IMG/VR virus record: IMGVR_UViG_2740892272_000004
Length of the DNA: 43,535 nt
From: a virus
Taxonomy: Duplodnaviria > Heunggongvirae > Uroviricota > Caudoviricetes
Strand: one strand, 5' to 3'
Shown here: positions 16,376 through 26,759 of the stretch, piece by piece
Numbering within the stretch: the stretch's first letter is position 1
Layout: every line of letters begins with the position of its first letter
Position numbers and translations under genes: made by a program
Notes under the pieces: generated by a model
Seen by the model: only the letters and a program-made list of their open reading frames with translations
The model's database searches: none
What the model was told of the DNA's origin: nothing

Positions 16376-18419
16376 AGTTCCCTCCGTTCCAGACGTTCAC
16401 ATCCAGGCCATGCTGTGCGGTATCATCCACATCAATACTGCGCGCCCGCCAGCCTTCAGGGGCAACAAGCTCCACCCGTGCGGCGGTTTTCGCGGTGGCC
16501 TGTCCGCCGTTTTCGTCACTGCCGCCACGCAGTTTCTGCCAGGCCTGCGTCAGCCAGCCCCCCAGATAATCACCGAGATAGCTGCCCACCGTGGAACCAA
16601 TGGCAACCCCGACCGGACCGGCAGCCGCCCCCAGCGCGCCACCGGCGATACTTCCGGCAAGGGAACCCACGGCACCGGCTTTATCGGCTGCACTGGCGCT
16701 GCTGTCCAGCAGTACAGGAGCCGCCATGGCACCGGCCCACAGGGCACCACCACCCAGCCGACCGGCACCACGGAACAGCCCGGCAAAACGCCCCAGCCCC
16801 ATGCGGTTTCCGGCCGCCGTTAGCAGACCACCGGCACGGCTCATCATACGACCGAAGAAGCCCTGTTTACCGGCACTCTCCGCCAGTTGCTCACCGGCAG
16901 TCACGACGGTCGTGACACCCCGTCCACGTCCGGGGCCGCGTTTTTTACGGCCGCGCACGGTTTTGCCGTCACCGCTGACCACCACATCCCCGCCACCTGA
17001 GGCCAGGCCACCCGCAGGCCAATTGGTGACCAGCACGGGCTGAACGGCAGCCGGATTTACCCCGGTAAGGAAATTCAGGAACCGGCCAGCGCGTCCGGGC
17101 TGCGTTCCCGGTACAGTGGTCTGCGGTTTGCGGAAGGGCGACGTCAGCACGGAGGTCATCGCCATGCCATAGCGTAAGGGGGTTGCGCCGAGACGTAATG
17201 CCCCCGTCCCCGCAAACCTGAGCACCTTCAGCGCACGGGAGGCGAGATACATATACATCAGGTACTTTGCGGCGGTCTGCGCACCCTGACCAATGCGATC
17301 CAGCGCATCGCCATAACCGGCGTCGCGCAGTGCCTGAAGCGTTTCCCTGACTTTCTGAATGACCCGGTAAAAGCCGGTCGCAGCGTCTCTGGCATACTCA
17401 AATCCCTGATTCAGGGCTGAGGCCGTCTGTGTGGCCAGCTTATCCTGTAAGCCGCTTTTCTGTGCCGCATCAGCATAATCCAGAAAGCCTTTCAGGCTCT
17501 TTTTCAGGCTGTCAAACGGTCCCTTTGCCATCACCTCGCGGGCAAATCCGTCCCAGACATCGCCCATCATGGACGTCATTCCCGTCCAGGAATTCATGGC
17601 GTTTTTCTGGGCACCTTTTGCCTGTTCGGCCATCACCTGAAATAACAGGCGAATGCTGTCCGGTCCCAGTTTTCCTTTCTCGCCTTTCTCACGGATGATC
17701 TTCTGGTTTACACCCAGCTTATCGGCCAGCAACTGGTAAACGTTAATCCCGTATCCGGTCAGAATATTGGCGTCCGCTGCCTGGATACTCTGGCGGGCAA
17801 ACATCTGTTTGAGTTGCAGGGACGCACCCTGTGCATCTGACAGTGACCAGCCGTGATAGCCGCCCTGATCCTGAAGCATGGTAATAAAGCGACGGGCTTC
17901 CCTGTCACTCATACCGAACCCGCGACTGGAGGCGTATTCCTGCATAACCCCCGCCAGCCCCCAGGTGGTGTCTTTGGCGTTCTGTACCGCCCAGGCTTTC
18001 ACTGCTTCCGTTTTTGCCGTATCGCCATGATTAATGGCGTTGAGACGCAGAATATAGTTCTCCATCTCTGCGGCCGGGCGGATAAAGGCTTTATTAAACC
18101 CGTAGACCGCAGCCCCTCCCGCCAGCATCCCGTAAAGGTTGCTTATCCGCCCGATGGTGCCGGTAATGCTGCCCTGAAGGCGGTCAAAATCTGACGTCAC
18201 CGTGCGGATACTGCCACGAACACCGGCAAGCGTTCGCTGCATACGGGAGCCGACAAGTTCTGTCTCCTGACCGGCACGACGTGCTGCATTTCCAAGACCA
18301 CCCAGCCCCGTCCTGCCGGAACGGGAGAATGCCCCCAGCTCCTGTGACCACTGGCGGGATTTGGCAGAAATATTGCCGAGTAAATCGACAATCAGGGAGG
18401 CTTTCAGGTTTTTTGCCAT
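16362..18419 (-). CDS. Tail tape measure protein
   Basis: 685 aa, Gly/Ala-rich repeats, follows the tube and chaperone genes; size matches Mu gp42. Confidence 0.8.
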   Translation of the reverse strand: MAKNLKASLIVDLLGNISAKSRQWSQELGAFSRSGRTGLGGLGNAARRAGQETELVGSRMQRTLAGVRGSIRTVTSDFDRLQGSITGTIGRISNLYGMLAGGAAVYGFNKAFIRPAAEMENYILRLNAINHGDTAKTEAVKAWAVQNAKDTTWGLAGVMQEYASSRGFGMSDREARRFITMLQDQGGYHGWSLSDAQGASLQLKQMFARQSIQAADANILTGYGINVYQLLADKLGVNQKIIREKGEKGKLGPDSIRLLFQVMAEQAKGAQKNAMNSWTGMTSMMGDVWDGFAREVMAKGPFDSLKKSLKGFLDYADAAQKSGLQDKLATQTASALNQGFEYARDAATGFYRVIQKVRETLQALRDAGYGDALDRIGQGAQTAAKYLMYMYLASRALKVLRFAGTGALRLGATPLRYGMAMTSVLTSPFRKPQTTVPGTQPGRAGRFLNFLTGVNPAAVQPVLVTNWPAGGLASGGGDVVVSGDGKTVRGRKKRGPGRGRGVTTVVTAGEQLAESAGKQGFFGRMMSRAGGLLTAAGNRMGLGRFAGLFRGAGRLGGGALWAGAMAAPVLLDSSASAADKAGAVGSLAGSIAGGALGAAAGPVGVAIGSTVGSYLGDYLGGWLTQAWQKLRGGSDENGGQATAKTAARVELVAPEGWRARSIDVDDTAQHGLDVNVWNGGNYGLY

Positions 18420-18546
18420 GGGTTACTGCTTCGTTCTGAGAATTTTTTCGGTCTGTCGGCAGTGCCGGTAAAGCTGCGATAAGGGGAGGTTAAGCGCCCA
18501 CTCCGGGCCGCTTTTTGTCACCATCCCCAGCACAATTGCGGCTTCT

Positions 18547-19023
18547 TCAATCTGATCCCGGCACTGCATCTGGTCGCCCCCGTTCAGCGACCAGCTTTCC
18601 GGCCATCGCGGAATCAAGCAGGCTTACTGCCGCCATCAGTCGGGAGAGATCGCGCTCGCTGAGCTGTCCTATCTGACGCGGAGACAATGGCCCCTCAATC
18701 TGGCCGACAGCGGCAATCTGACGGCGCAGCAGCGCAATGCCGCGCAGTGCCGGTGAGGCCACAAGAACCGGACCGTTTCGGGTTTCCATAAGACGCTCGG
18801 CCTCGCTCTCCGCATCAATGCTGTCTTTTGCCGTCAGTTCGCGGAAGGTGACGCGGTATTCACGGGATTCCCCGAACGGCAGACCGTCGAGCAGATCCAC
18901 ATAGCCGTTCGCCAGTTGTTCAGCCAGCCCGGCGGTGCGGGGATCGCCGTCTTCAAGTGCATCCCGGATAGCCTCCATCACGGCCTCGTCAGAAACCGCC
19001 GTTTTTTTCTTACGTGTGCTCAT
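18547..19023 (-). CDS. Tail assembly chaperone-like protein (Mu gp41 position)
   Basis: 158-aa acidic protein between the tube and tape-measure genes; a second overlapping frame (18423..18617) runs to the tape-measure start. Confidence 0.5.
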   Translation of the reverse strand: MSTRKKKTAVSDEAVMEAIRDALEDGDPRTAGLAEQLANGYVDLLDGLPFGESREYRVTFRELTAKDSIDAESEAERLMETRNGPVLVASPALRGIALLRRQIAAVGQIEGPLSPRQIGQLSERDLSRLMAAVSLLDSAMAGKLVAERGRPDAVPGSD

Positions 19024-19037
19024 TACATTTTTCCTGA

Positions 19038-19403
19038 TTACTGGACACGGGTACTGGTGGCGCTGGCGAACTTCGCGGAGATATCACCACCACCGTCAAG
19101 CGAGGCCGGTTCACTGCTCCAGGCCTTCGTCATCATGTGGACTTCACCGGTATCGGCCACGAACTCAATCGTGACCGCAGTCCAGGTGTTGATTTCATCG
19201 GCAGCCGGTGAACCTTCTCCGCCCGCCGGGAATTTACAGTCCAGCGTCGCCTCACGGGGTTTCTCGCGATAGCCGTAAACTTTCGCGCCTTTCACCACTT
19301 CACGCTCAAAGCCGGACGGGGAGAACGTGGCCCCCTCAAGGGTGTCGTACTCCTGCCCGTTCACACGGATGGTGGCCGTGCCCTGATACTGTTTTCCGCT
19401 CAT
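19038..19403 (-). CDS. Tail tube protein (Mu gpM-like)
   Basis: 121 aa, directly downstream of the sheath gene. Confidence 0.65.
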   Translation of the reverse strand: MSGKQYQGTATIRVNGQEYDTLEGATFSPSGFEREVVKGAKVYGYREKPREATLDCKFPAGGEGSPAADEINTWTAVTIEFVADTGEVHMMTKAWSSEPASLDGGGDISAKFASATSTRVQ

Positions 19404-19411
19404 GCCTTACC

Positions 19412-20914
19412 TCACAAAATGAAACGGATCTGCGCGGCCATGAAGCGGAACTGGTTAACCAGATCCGGTGTACACATCACATCCAGACGGTTACGGTCTT
19501 TTGTGTTGCGCTCCACGAGCAGATTCTTTTTAAAGGTGTCCAGATTTTCGACCAGTCCCAGATCCACCCATTCTTCCCCCAGCGAAATTAACTGAAGTTT
19601 CATGATCTCCGGTGTCACGATATTCTGACCGGCACGAACGGGCGTCCCGTCATCAGCCAGTTTATGGCGCGGAAAACGCTGCGTGATAAAGGTGCGCAGG
19701 GAATAACGCAGATATGACAGGGTGTAGATGGTTTCCACATCCAGATAGCTGGGATCGATTTCGCCGTATGCATTCTGACGGTACATCGTCACCTGACGTT
19801 CAATCTGCACCACATCCGCGGCCGCGACGGTCACCGTGGACATGCCGGTATAAAGCAGGCTGTTTCGCTCTTCCCGCGTCAGACGATCCGGTGCTTCAGG
19901 TGCCATACGGGCAGGCAGCGCCAGTGTCTGTAATGGTCGGGCCGGATCCGTTGACAGGGAGGGCGCACAGACCGCACAAATGGAGGCAGCCCAGACATAA
20001 TCCGGCTCTGGTGCTTTAGGAATAGAAGTGCAGGTAAACAGGAAGTCATTACGGGATTCACCAAAACTGGTTGCCGTACCGAAGGTGCCGGTATGCGCCA
20101 TCCAGACCATACCGTCCGACATTTTTACCGGTCCCCAGCGTTTCAGCAGTTCATCCGCCAGAATTTTGAGATTTGCCGCATCCTTATAGGGCATGACGAT
20201 GTAGTTGTACTGACGATTCCCCATCCCTGAGACGCTACGGGTGATATCGGGGTTTGTTGCCTTCTGTGTTGGCGCGACGAGCTCCAGCGTAAGACCGGCC
20301 GGTGTAGTTTCACCGTCATAATAGTTCACCCGTAAATCATGAGCTGAGCATTCACCGATAAAGCGGGCGTTAACCCCCATGCTGCCTTTAAGTCCTTCAG
20401 CATTATCACCACTGACTTCAGCTGCGATAGCAGTGAATGGCGCATCAGTGTCAGCGTTAATGACCTTAGCCAGCTCTTCCACAAGCTCTTTACCTTTTTT
20501 CCCCTTACTGACGGGCAGGAGGTAACGGCGACCGCCGATGTAAACACTTAACACCCCGTCTGCCAATGCTGTTCCAATGATATTCATCACGCATGCCCTG
20601 GACTGACCTGTTCCAGCCCCCTGTGCAATGGCATATAACTCTGTGTCAGGGTTAATGGCGATAAATTCCTCTACCATCAGTGCAATCATGGAACCTCGCC
20701 CCCAGAGTTCTCTTGCTTGTGAAGCTCGGGTAATACGTACTGGTACATCAAGCTGACCGCGCCCCTGAATGGTAGTGTCTTTCATTGCAGCCTGACCAAA
20801 CAACAGTACCGCCTGACGCTGTGGTGGAGTGCCGGTCACGGCCATTGAATTATTGATTTCAATCTGTACCAGCGGAATGCGATTGTTATCGCCGATATAA
20901 TCAAAGTTAATCAT
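19412..20914 (-). CDS. Contractile tail sheath protein (Mu gpL-like)
   Basis: 500 aa; synteny and size. Confidence 0.8.
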   Translation of the reverse strand: MINFDYIGDNNRIPLVQIEINNSMAVTGTPPQRQAVLLFGQAAMKDTTIQGRGQLDVPVRITRASQARELWGRGSMIALMVEEFIAINPDTELYAIAQGAGTGQSRACVMNIIGTALADGVLSVYIGGRRYLLPVSKGKKGKELVEELAKVINADTDAPFTAIAAEVSGDNAEGLKGSMGVNARFIGECSAHDLRVNYYDGETTPAGLTLELVAPTQKATNPDITRSVSGMGNRQYNYIVMPYKDAANLKILADELLKRWGPVKMSDGMVWMAHTGTFGTATSFGESRNDFLFTCTSIPKAPEPDYVWAASICAVCAPSLSTDPARPLQTLALPARMAPEAPDRLTREERNSLLYTGMSTVTVAAADVVQIERQVTMYRQNAYGEIDPSYLDVETIYTLSYLRYSLRTFITQRFPRHKLADDGTPVRAGQNIVTPEIMKLQLISLGEEWVDLGLVENLDTFKKNLLVERNTKDRNRLDVMCTPDLVNQFRFMAAQIRFIL

Positions 20915-21192
20915 CAGGACGTCCCCTTATCTGATGCTGCGGTTTTTTCAGCCACCGCCGCAGTTTTTTCTGCTACCGCTCCCGCTGGTTTTGCCGCCGC
21001 GCCGGTATTAGCAGTTGTGGCAGCCGGGGCAGGCTCCGCCGTTTTATCCACCACAATGACGTCGCCATCATTAAGACGGCGGCACCAGAACGGAGTGAAG
21101 GGTTTCTCTTCCCCGTCCTGAGAGAGCGGAGTCATCGTGTCGGGATCGCGGATCAGGCATCCCGGCGCAGGTTTAATAAAAATGGTTGTCAT
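20914..21192 (-). CDS. Hypothetical head-tail region protein (Mu gp38 position)
   Basis: 92 aa; synteny only. Confidence 0.4.
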   Translation of the reverse strand: MTTIFIKPAPGCLIRDPDTMTPLSQDGEEKPFTPFWCRRLNDGDVIVVDKTAEPAPAATTANTGAAAKPAGAVAEKTAAVAEKTAASDKGTS

Positions 21193-21195
21193 CTG

Positions 21196-21759
21196 TTATT
21201 CCTCTGACAGTCCGGCGTTTTCACCGGCGGCAGTTGCACCAGGCAGACGGATGTGTGCCTTAAATTCCGGCGTGCCTTCCGGTTCGGTAAAGGTTTCGTA
21301 ATGGCGCAGGAAATCATCCAGCGAGCTGATATCCGTCAGCGGGTCGATCATTTCCTCGCATGAGAAATACAGGGCGTACATCACGGCACCGCTGCCTGCC
21401 TGCGTTTCGGTGTAACCGTTGACCGCCTTTTCAAAGTAAAGCGGTGAGGTTTTTTCTGCTCTGAAGCCGTCCAGCACGGTAATCAGGCGGGCCACAATCT
21501 GATAAAGCCCGGGACGGCTGACCTCACGGCCATTGAGCATGTCGCCGATGACGTAGAACACCCAGTGACTGACCAGACGCCCACGGGTACGCCCTTCACC
21601 GGCACCCAGCCAGGCAACATAGATAGCCGGGGCGTTAATCAGCATGGTGCGCAGTACGCTGTCGCTCCAGTCGCCGGGATGTGTGTCAACAGACACCAGT
21701 TCATTCCCGAAATACTCACGGATACGGGCGATGTACGCCTGCTCGGTTTCCGTAATCAT
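21196..21759 (-). CDS. Hypothetical virion morphogenesis protein (Mu gp37 position)
   Basis: 187 aa; synteny only. Confidence 0.45.
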   Translation of the reverse strand: MITETEQAYIARIREYFGNELVSVDTHPGDWSDSVLRTMLINAPAIYVAWLGAGEGRTRGRLVSHWVFYVIGDMLNGREVSRPGLYQIVARLITVLDGFRAEKTSPLYFEKAVNGYTETQAGSGAVMYALYFSCEEMIDPLTDISSLDDFLRHYETFTEPEGTPEFKAHIRLPGATAAGENAGLSEE

Positions 21760-22175
21760 ATAAAGCCCTTCTGGTTGCGCCCGAACACCGCCGCATCAGA
21801 CTGCACCTGCGGTAAATCCCCGGATTCAGGGGCCGCACCGTCTGTATCCACGCCGACCGGCACGTTACCGTTCATGACATCTTTCAGCCAGGCCAGCGCC
21901 TCACGGTAACGGTCACGCGCCTGATCGGATGCCCGCTGATCGCACAGGTAATAAAAGGCAATCGTGCAGCAATGCTGAACAAGGACCGCCGGAACCACCG
22001 CCAGCGGCAGCGTGTAACGGGAAGACAGATAGCTGTCGATAAGGGCAGACGCGTCCGTCAGTGCCCGGTTCAGCTTGCGCGTGTCCGGTTCATCCGAACG
22101 GGGCACGGCCAGTAATGGCCTGAGCAAATCCTCGCGGTAACGTGCCCGCATATCGGTTTCGGTGGCGTAATTCAT
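21756..22175 (-). CDS. Hypothetical head completion protein (Mu gp36 position)
   Basis: 139 aa; synteny only. Confidence 0.45.
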   Translation of the reverse strand: MNYATETDMRARYREDLLRPLLAVPRSDEPDTRKLNRALTDASALIDSYLSSRYTLPLAVVPAVLVQHCCTIAFYYLCDQRASDQARDRYREALAWLKDVMNGNVPVGVDTDGAAPESGDLPQVQSDAAVFGRNQKGFI

Positions 22176-22531
22176 GCGCGCGCCTTTTTCGCCTGTCTGG
22201 CGTTATTGCCGGTCTTTTTCCGGGGAGCATCCTGTACGGTTTCGGCTTCGGCTAAATCTGCACCGGTCTCTGCATGAACCACACCCGCCACGGCTCCCGC
22301 ATCATCACCAGGCGTCTGTAGTATTCGTACAGTGAGGCATGGCTCCGCTTCCAGTCGGGCAAGCTGCTCCGGGGTGACGTCAACCTGCTGGCGTCCCCGC
22401 ATGAACAGGAACCCCGCACGACGAAAATGCGTACGACTGCAACGCACTTCTGCCAGTACCGTGACAGGACTGTCACCACTGACCTGAAGGCCTGAATCAT
22501 CTGTTGCTGCCACAGTGTGATGTTCATTCAT
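22172..22531 (-). CDS. Hypothetical protein (Mu gp35 position)
   Basis: 119 aa; synteny only. Confidence 0.4.
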   Translation of the reverse strand: MNEHHTVAATDDSGLQVSGDSPVTVLAEVRCSRTHFRRAGFLFMRGRQQVDVTPEQLARLEAEPCLTVRILQTPGDDAGAVAGVVHAETGADLAEAETVQDAPRKKTGNNARQAKKARA

Positions 22532-22574
22532 ATTTGCCCTCCGCAGGGGCCGGGCCGTAAGCCCGGCTCACCGT

Positions 22575-23522
22575 TTACAGATAATCCGCGACAACCAGCT
22601 CCAGCTTGCCCTTCATCTCGTTAGAGACTGTGGCGTTACCGTCTGCGAACAGCTCGCGCTCCAGCAGCTGCACCGCCTGTTTTTCCAGCGAGGTGGGGAC
22701 AACAATATGGGTGGGTTTGATGCCGAGTTTGCGGCCACCGTCAGCCTTAAAGTCACGCATGGCTGACCAGCCGTGCCACAGCGCATCCAGCGTCAGCGGT
22801 GACTGCATCATGTAGGCCATCTGCCAGAAGCCGTAGCCCACATTGCGACGGGCGGAAGCACCGAACACAAACTCGTTATCAGTAAACGCACGGCCTTCAT
22901 CGACTTTTGTCTGGGCAACCAGTTCGGCTTTGCGGCGATCCTGATAAATCAGCGGTTTTACCGCGCGGGAGCAGTCAAGCAGATACCAGGCCGGGCCGCT
23001 GTAATCCGCCTGTGCACCGACAGAGCCGGTTTTTGCCACAAACATATTGCTGACCATCTGTGCATCACCGGAGCCATCCACTTTGGGGTAAACAGGGTGT
23101 TCGGTATCAAAGAAGTTCTGGCCGTCATAGCAGGCCGCATTCAGACCATCACGCAGTGCAGCAAAGACCAGTTCATCCGGTTGTGCCGCAGCGGCACGAC
23201 CCATTTCCTGGAATAACGGGGAGTAGATGCCGAGATTGTCGTCTTCAAAGTCATCGCGGCTAATGGCAACGGTGCCTTCAAAGGTTTTGTTCACGATGGC
23301 GTAGCCATAGGCTTTCATCTTCTCGATGACGCGGGAGCCGATCCACTCACGGAACTGCGGGAACTGCCCCAGCCAGCCGTAGGTGTTGGATTTCGAGGTG
23401 GACGGCACGGTCATCGCAATTTTCTGGTACTGCGACGGAGCCATGGACATCCCGGCCTGAAAATCAGAACGGTAGCCCGTCATCAGGGCGGTGATCATCG
23501 CCGGTGTAATCGGGGTAGGCAT
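22575..23522 (-). CDS. Major head (capsid) protein T-like
   Basis: 315 aa, downstream of the protease/scaffold gene; size matches Mu gpT. Confidence 0.75.
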   Translation of the reverse strand: MPTPITPAMITALMTGYRSDFQAGMSMAPSQYQKIAMTVPSTSKSNTYGWLGQFPQFREWIGSRVIEKMKAYGYAIVNKTFEGTVAISRDDFEDDNLGIYSPLFQEMGRAAAAQPDELVFAALRDGLNAACYDGQNFFDTEHPVYPKVDGSGDAQMVSNMFVAKTGSVGAQADYSGPAWYLLDCSRAVKPLIYQDRRKAELVAQTKVDEGRAFTDNEFVFGASARRNVGYGFWQMAYMMQSPLTLDALWHGWSAMRDFKADGGRKLGIKPTHIVVPTSLEKQAVQLLERELFADGNATVSNEMKGKLELVVADYL

Positions 23523-24655
23523 TATTGCATTTCCTCTTTCATTTTCAGGAACTCGGCTTCGGTTTTACCCAACAGACGTGCGGCGGCGATATCTTCAGCC
23601 GACAGCACAGCGGTGGCGGTCTTTTTATCCGGCACGGTTACGGTGTCGGTCTGAAGAGTGGTCAGAGCCGCAACCGGCTGGCGGGCGTCAAGCTGTGCAG
23701 AAAGTGCCGCGACGCCAATCTGTTGTCCGAGTCCTTCCATGTATCCGCGTTCGCTTTTGAAAATGCGTCCTTCGGACTCGGCCTTATCCAGCAACTGCTC
23801 CAGCGTGGTGCTGCCGTGTTGTGCCGACAGCGCGGCATATTCGGTACGCAGGGCGTTATACGTCTCAACGGGCACATATTTCGTCAGATCAATAGTGCCG
23901 CCAGTTGGTGTGCCTTTTGCGGTTTCCAGTTCTGCCGACAGGCTGGCAACCTGCGTTTTCAGGGTGTCGTGCGCATCCGCACGGGTTTTGATCCCGGTAA
24001 GGGCAGACAGCGCCGCCGTGCCCAGTTCCGGTGTAAATTCGTCACCGTCAGCCACGGTCAGACCGAGCGCCGTCAGCAACTGGCGTAATTGCTCATTCAT
24101 GGGGGATTGCTCCTGAGAAGGGGAAACGACATAGAGATCATCAGCACTGAGTGCCGCGACAGGGTTCATACCCGTAATACCCGGATCATTCGTCAGGGAA
24201 GCCATGCGCAACAGGTAGGGTTCCCCGGTGTCAGCGAAATAATGCATATATGCAGACAGATAGGCATATTCACGGTCATCAATATGTTTTTGTGCCTGTG
24301 GTGTCCATTCAGGTTTAATGAAAATCCCCTGACCCTCACGCCATTCGATGTTTTCCGGCTTAACCCATCCTGCAGCAATAGCCTTGAATCCGTTTTTCTG
24401 CGCATTCACGGAGTGATGGTCATAATCAATCAGTAACGGCTGATGCAGGGCGGAAAGCCCGGCTTTCATCCGGTTACAGGCGGATTCGTTAATCAGCCAG
24501 CCTTCAGTCGGTTTTTCCGGGCGACCGTCACGGGCCTTTACCCGACCGGCTGGCAGTAACTGACACCATCCGTCGCCGGATGCAGTCAGCGAAGCTGAAA
24601 GCACGGCTAAACCGGAGGGGCGATTTGCGTCTTTTGGGTGATTTTCTGTCTTCAT
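23522..24655 (-). CDS. Head protease/scaffold protein I-like
   Basis: 377 aa; position between the G-like and T-like genes. Confidence 0.6.
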   Translation of the reverse strand: MKTENHPKDANRPSGLAVLSASLTASGDGWCQLLPAGRVKARDGRPEKPTEGWLINESACNRMKAGLSALHQPLLIDYDHHSVNAQKNGFKAIAAGWVKPENIEWREGQGIFIKPEWTPQAQKHIDDREYAYLSAYMHYFADTGEPYLLRMASLTNDPGITGMNPVAALSADDLYVVSPSQEQSPMNEQLRQLLTALGLTVADGDEFTPELGTAALSALTGIKTRADAHDTLKTQVASLSAELETAKGTPTGGTIDLTKYVPVETYNALRTEYAALSAQHGSTTLEQLLDKAESEGRIFKSERGYMEGLGQQIGVAALSAQLDARQPVAALTTLQTDTVTVPDKKTATAVLSAEDIAAARLLGKTEAEFLKMKEEMQ

Positions 24656-24832
24656 ACCGGCAGCATAAGCCGGGTATTTTTGGGGCTGGTTTTGCGGGAC
24701 TTCAGAAAGTGCTGACAGGGGGGGAATGAGAAAGGCGCTTCACGCAGATTTTAAAGCCCGTTAAATACAGGTTAGAAAATCACGACACGCGCCTGAAGGG
24801 GGTAAGGTAATACGTTTGCATACCTTAAACCA

Positions 24833-25306
24833 TTACGGCGTTTCTGTGGCCTTTTTAAAGCGTTTTCTGATTTCGTCCATGATCTCCTGTTCTGCCACCT
24901 GATCAAAGCCCATATACGGACGTGCGCCAATGGCCGCCGGTCCCGGTGGCATACCAGGCAGGCCACCCCACTGATGAATGGCTGCATAAGGTTCATTTGA
25001 TCCAATCAGCGCCCAGGTATCGCCATAATCCGTGGTCAGGCGGCGGGCCAGATCGCCGTTCAGCGTCAGGATTTTGCCGGGCGTGTATCCCTTACGGGTA
25101 CGCCACTCACGGTAAGGATCTGACCAGTCATGCCAGCGTTCACCATCCGGCTCTTTTTCCTGCTCAAACGCCATTTCTGACGATGACAGAAGACTCGCCG
25201 CCACACTGCGGGCCAGGTCTTTTCCGCCGCCCACAAACTGAAGCCGGGCAAACACTCGCTGGAGACGCGTAACGTCAACAACGACAGCTGCATCAATGGA
25301 TGACAT
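24833..25306 (-). CDS. Virion morphogenesis protein G-like
   Basis: 157 aa; position downstream of the F-like gene. Confidence 0.5.
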   Translation of the reverse strand: MSSIDAAVVVDVTRLQRVFARLQFVGGGKDLARSVAASLLSSSEMAFEQEKEPDGERWHDWSDPYREWRTRKGYTPGKILTLNGDLARRLTTDYGDTWALIGSNEPYAAIHQWGGLPGMPPGPAAIGARPYMGFDQVAEQEIMDEIRKRFKKATETP

Positions 25307-25427
25307 ATTGCCTCCGCATAAAGGATGAATATAAAATAAACAGGCGGTCAGTGTACGCTTAACTGGTAAAGTCGGTGCCTGCCTCCGGGTGGATCATGTA
25401 TGCGGGTTCGACCCCCGCCACTGACCG

Positions 25428-26759
25428 TTAATCAATTTGTCCTTCCAGCACCTCAAGCATTCCGCCCCGGATATCCGATTTCAGCTTATCCATATTGATA
25501 ACCCGGTAAGCATTCACAATCACATCCAGTTTGTCGGGCTGACGTTTCAGACTGTACGGTGCATTAACGGCAATCTGCACACTGCCATCCTGATTTTCCA
25601 CGATATACATCAGATTGTTGTGCCGTTTGTCCCACAGTACCGCTTTTGGCCTTGCCAGCATTGCCGGTAAGCGCCCGAAGTCCTCCGGCGTCAGAGCGAT
25701 GCCGTCATTCTGATGTTTCACACTGTCCGCATGGAGCACATTTTTACCGCTCATCGCCAGCAGGCGGGCCGGTGGCGTTCCCGTCCGGCTTTCCACTGCC
25801 TGCGCAATGCTTTCAGTCATAAAGCCCAGCGTGCGGATATCGTTACCACCTCGCCGGGTCTGCATGATGTTTTTTGCCCAGATGCGGAACGCCAGCTGCC
25901 GCTCCGGGCTGTTGTTCATCTCCTGAACCACCATTTCCCGTAACGCCGGGCTTTTCACCTCGATCAGTTTGCGGATCAGCGCCTGGTCTGTGCCGAACGC
26001 TGCCGAGCCGGGGTTATATGACCAGCCCACATCCGGTGTCATGGTTCTGGCGCCATCTGAATATGTGGTCACCGGCATTTCTCTGACTTCTCCGGTCTGT
26101 TTATCCACGCCAGCCTCAACATTGCGGGTGGAGAGATGATCCTCACCGGATGAAACGGATAACCCCATTGCATCCAGACGGGCCTGAGACAATGGCCGCA
26201 CACGGCAGCGGCAGTTCCAGCCATTGGGCGGGTAGTGTGTTTTCCAGAACGGATCGTCATAGCGGAATACCAGACCGTTAAGGGCGGAATGCGACGGGCG
26301 GGTACGGCTGTCCATGACCGCCACATACTGCCAGAACGGATGCGTGTCCGTGTTGTTCATCATCTGCGTGTAACGCCCGGCATTGTAAGCCACACGGGTG
26401 TTCACGTTGTAAATCAGCGCCAGACGACGGGGACTGCCCTGCTGCACTTCTTCCGCGTTACCGTCGCTGTCCACCACAATCTGCTTTCCCCACCATCCCA
26501 GCTTTTGCAGGCGTGGCGTCAGTGTGCGGATAAATTCTTTCTGTGAAATCCCCTCATCAATGGCCCGCTGCACTTCGGCCTGTAATGTGGTTACCACATC
26601 CAGCCGTGCCGTTTTTGCTGCCGTGAATGAGCGGGCATGAACATCCGCGTCTGTTTCGAACCAGTTCCAGCTGATATGCGCCCCTTTGGCGCGGAAGTAT
26701 GCCACCGTCTCTTTTGAGGGAAGCGTGGCGGCATAACCTAAATCAATCCCCTGAGCCAT
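25428..26759 (-). CDS. Head morphogenesis protein (Mu F-like)
   Basis: 443 aa immediately downstream of the portal gene. Confidence 0.7.
   Translation of the reverse strand: MAQGIDLGYAATLPSKETVAYFRAKGAHISWNWFETDADVHARSFTAAKTARLDVVTTLQAEVQRAIDEGISQKEFIRTLTPRLQKLGWWGKQIVVDSDGNAEEVQQGSPRRLALIYNVNTRVAYNAGRYTQMMNNTDTHPFWQYVAVMDSRTRPSHSALNGLVFRYDDPFWKTHYPPNGWNCRCRVRPLSQARLDAMGLSVSSGEDHLSTRNVEAGVDKQTGEVREMPVTTYSDGARTMTPDVGWSYNPGSAAFGTDQALIRKLIEVKSPALREMVVQEMNNSPERQLAFRIWAKNIMQTRRGGNDIRTLGFMTESIAQAVESRTGTPPARLLAMSGKNVLHADSVKHQNDGIALTPEDFGRLPAMLARPKAVLWDKRHNNLMYIVENQDGSVQIAVNAPYSLKRQPDKLDVIVNAYRVINMDKLKSDIRGGMLEVLEGQID

Noticed and set aside
16118-17043. Several long plus-strand ORFs (265, 154 and 150 aa) inside the tape-measure gene
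   Set aside because: Antisense shadow frames in a GC-rich, repeat-rich coding region; products are low-complexity (Pro/Arg/Ala-rich) and overlap a well-supported minus-strand gene.
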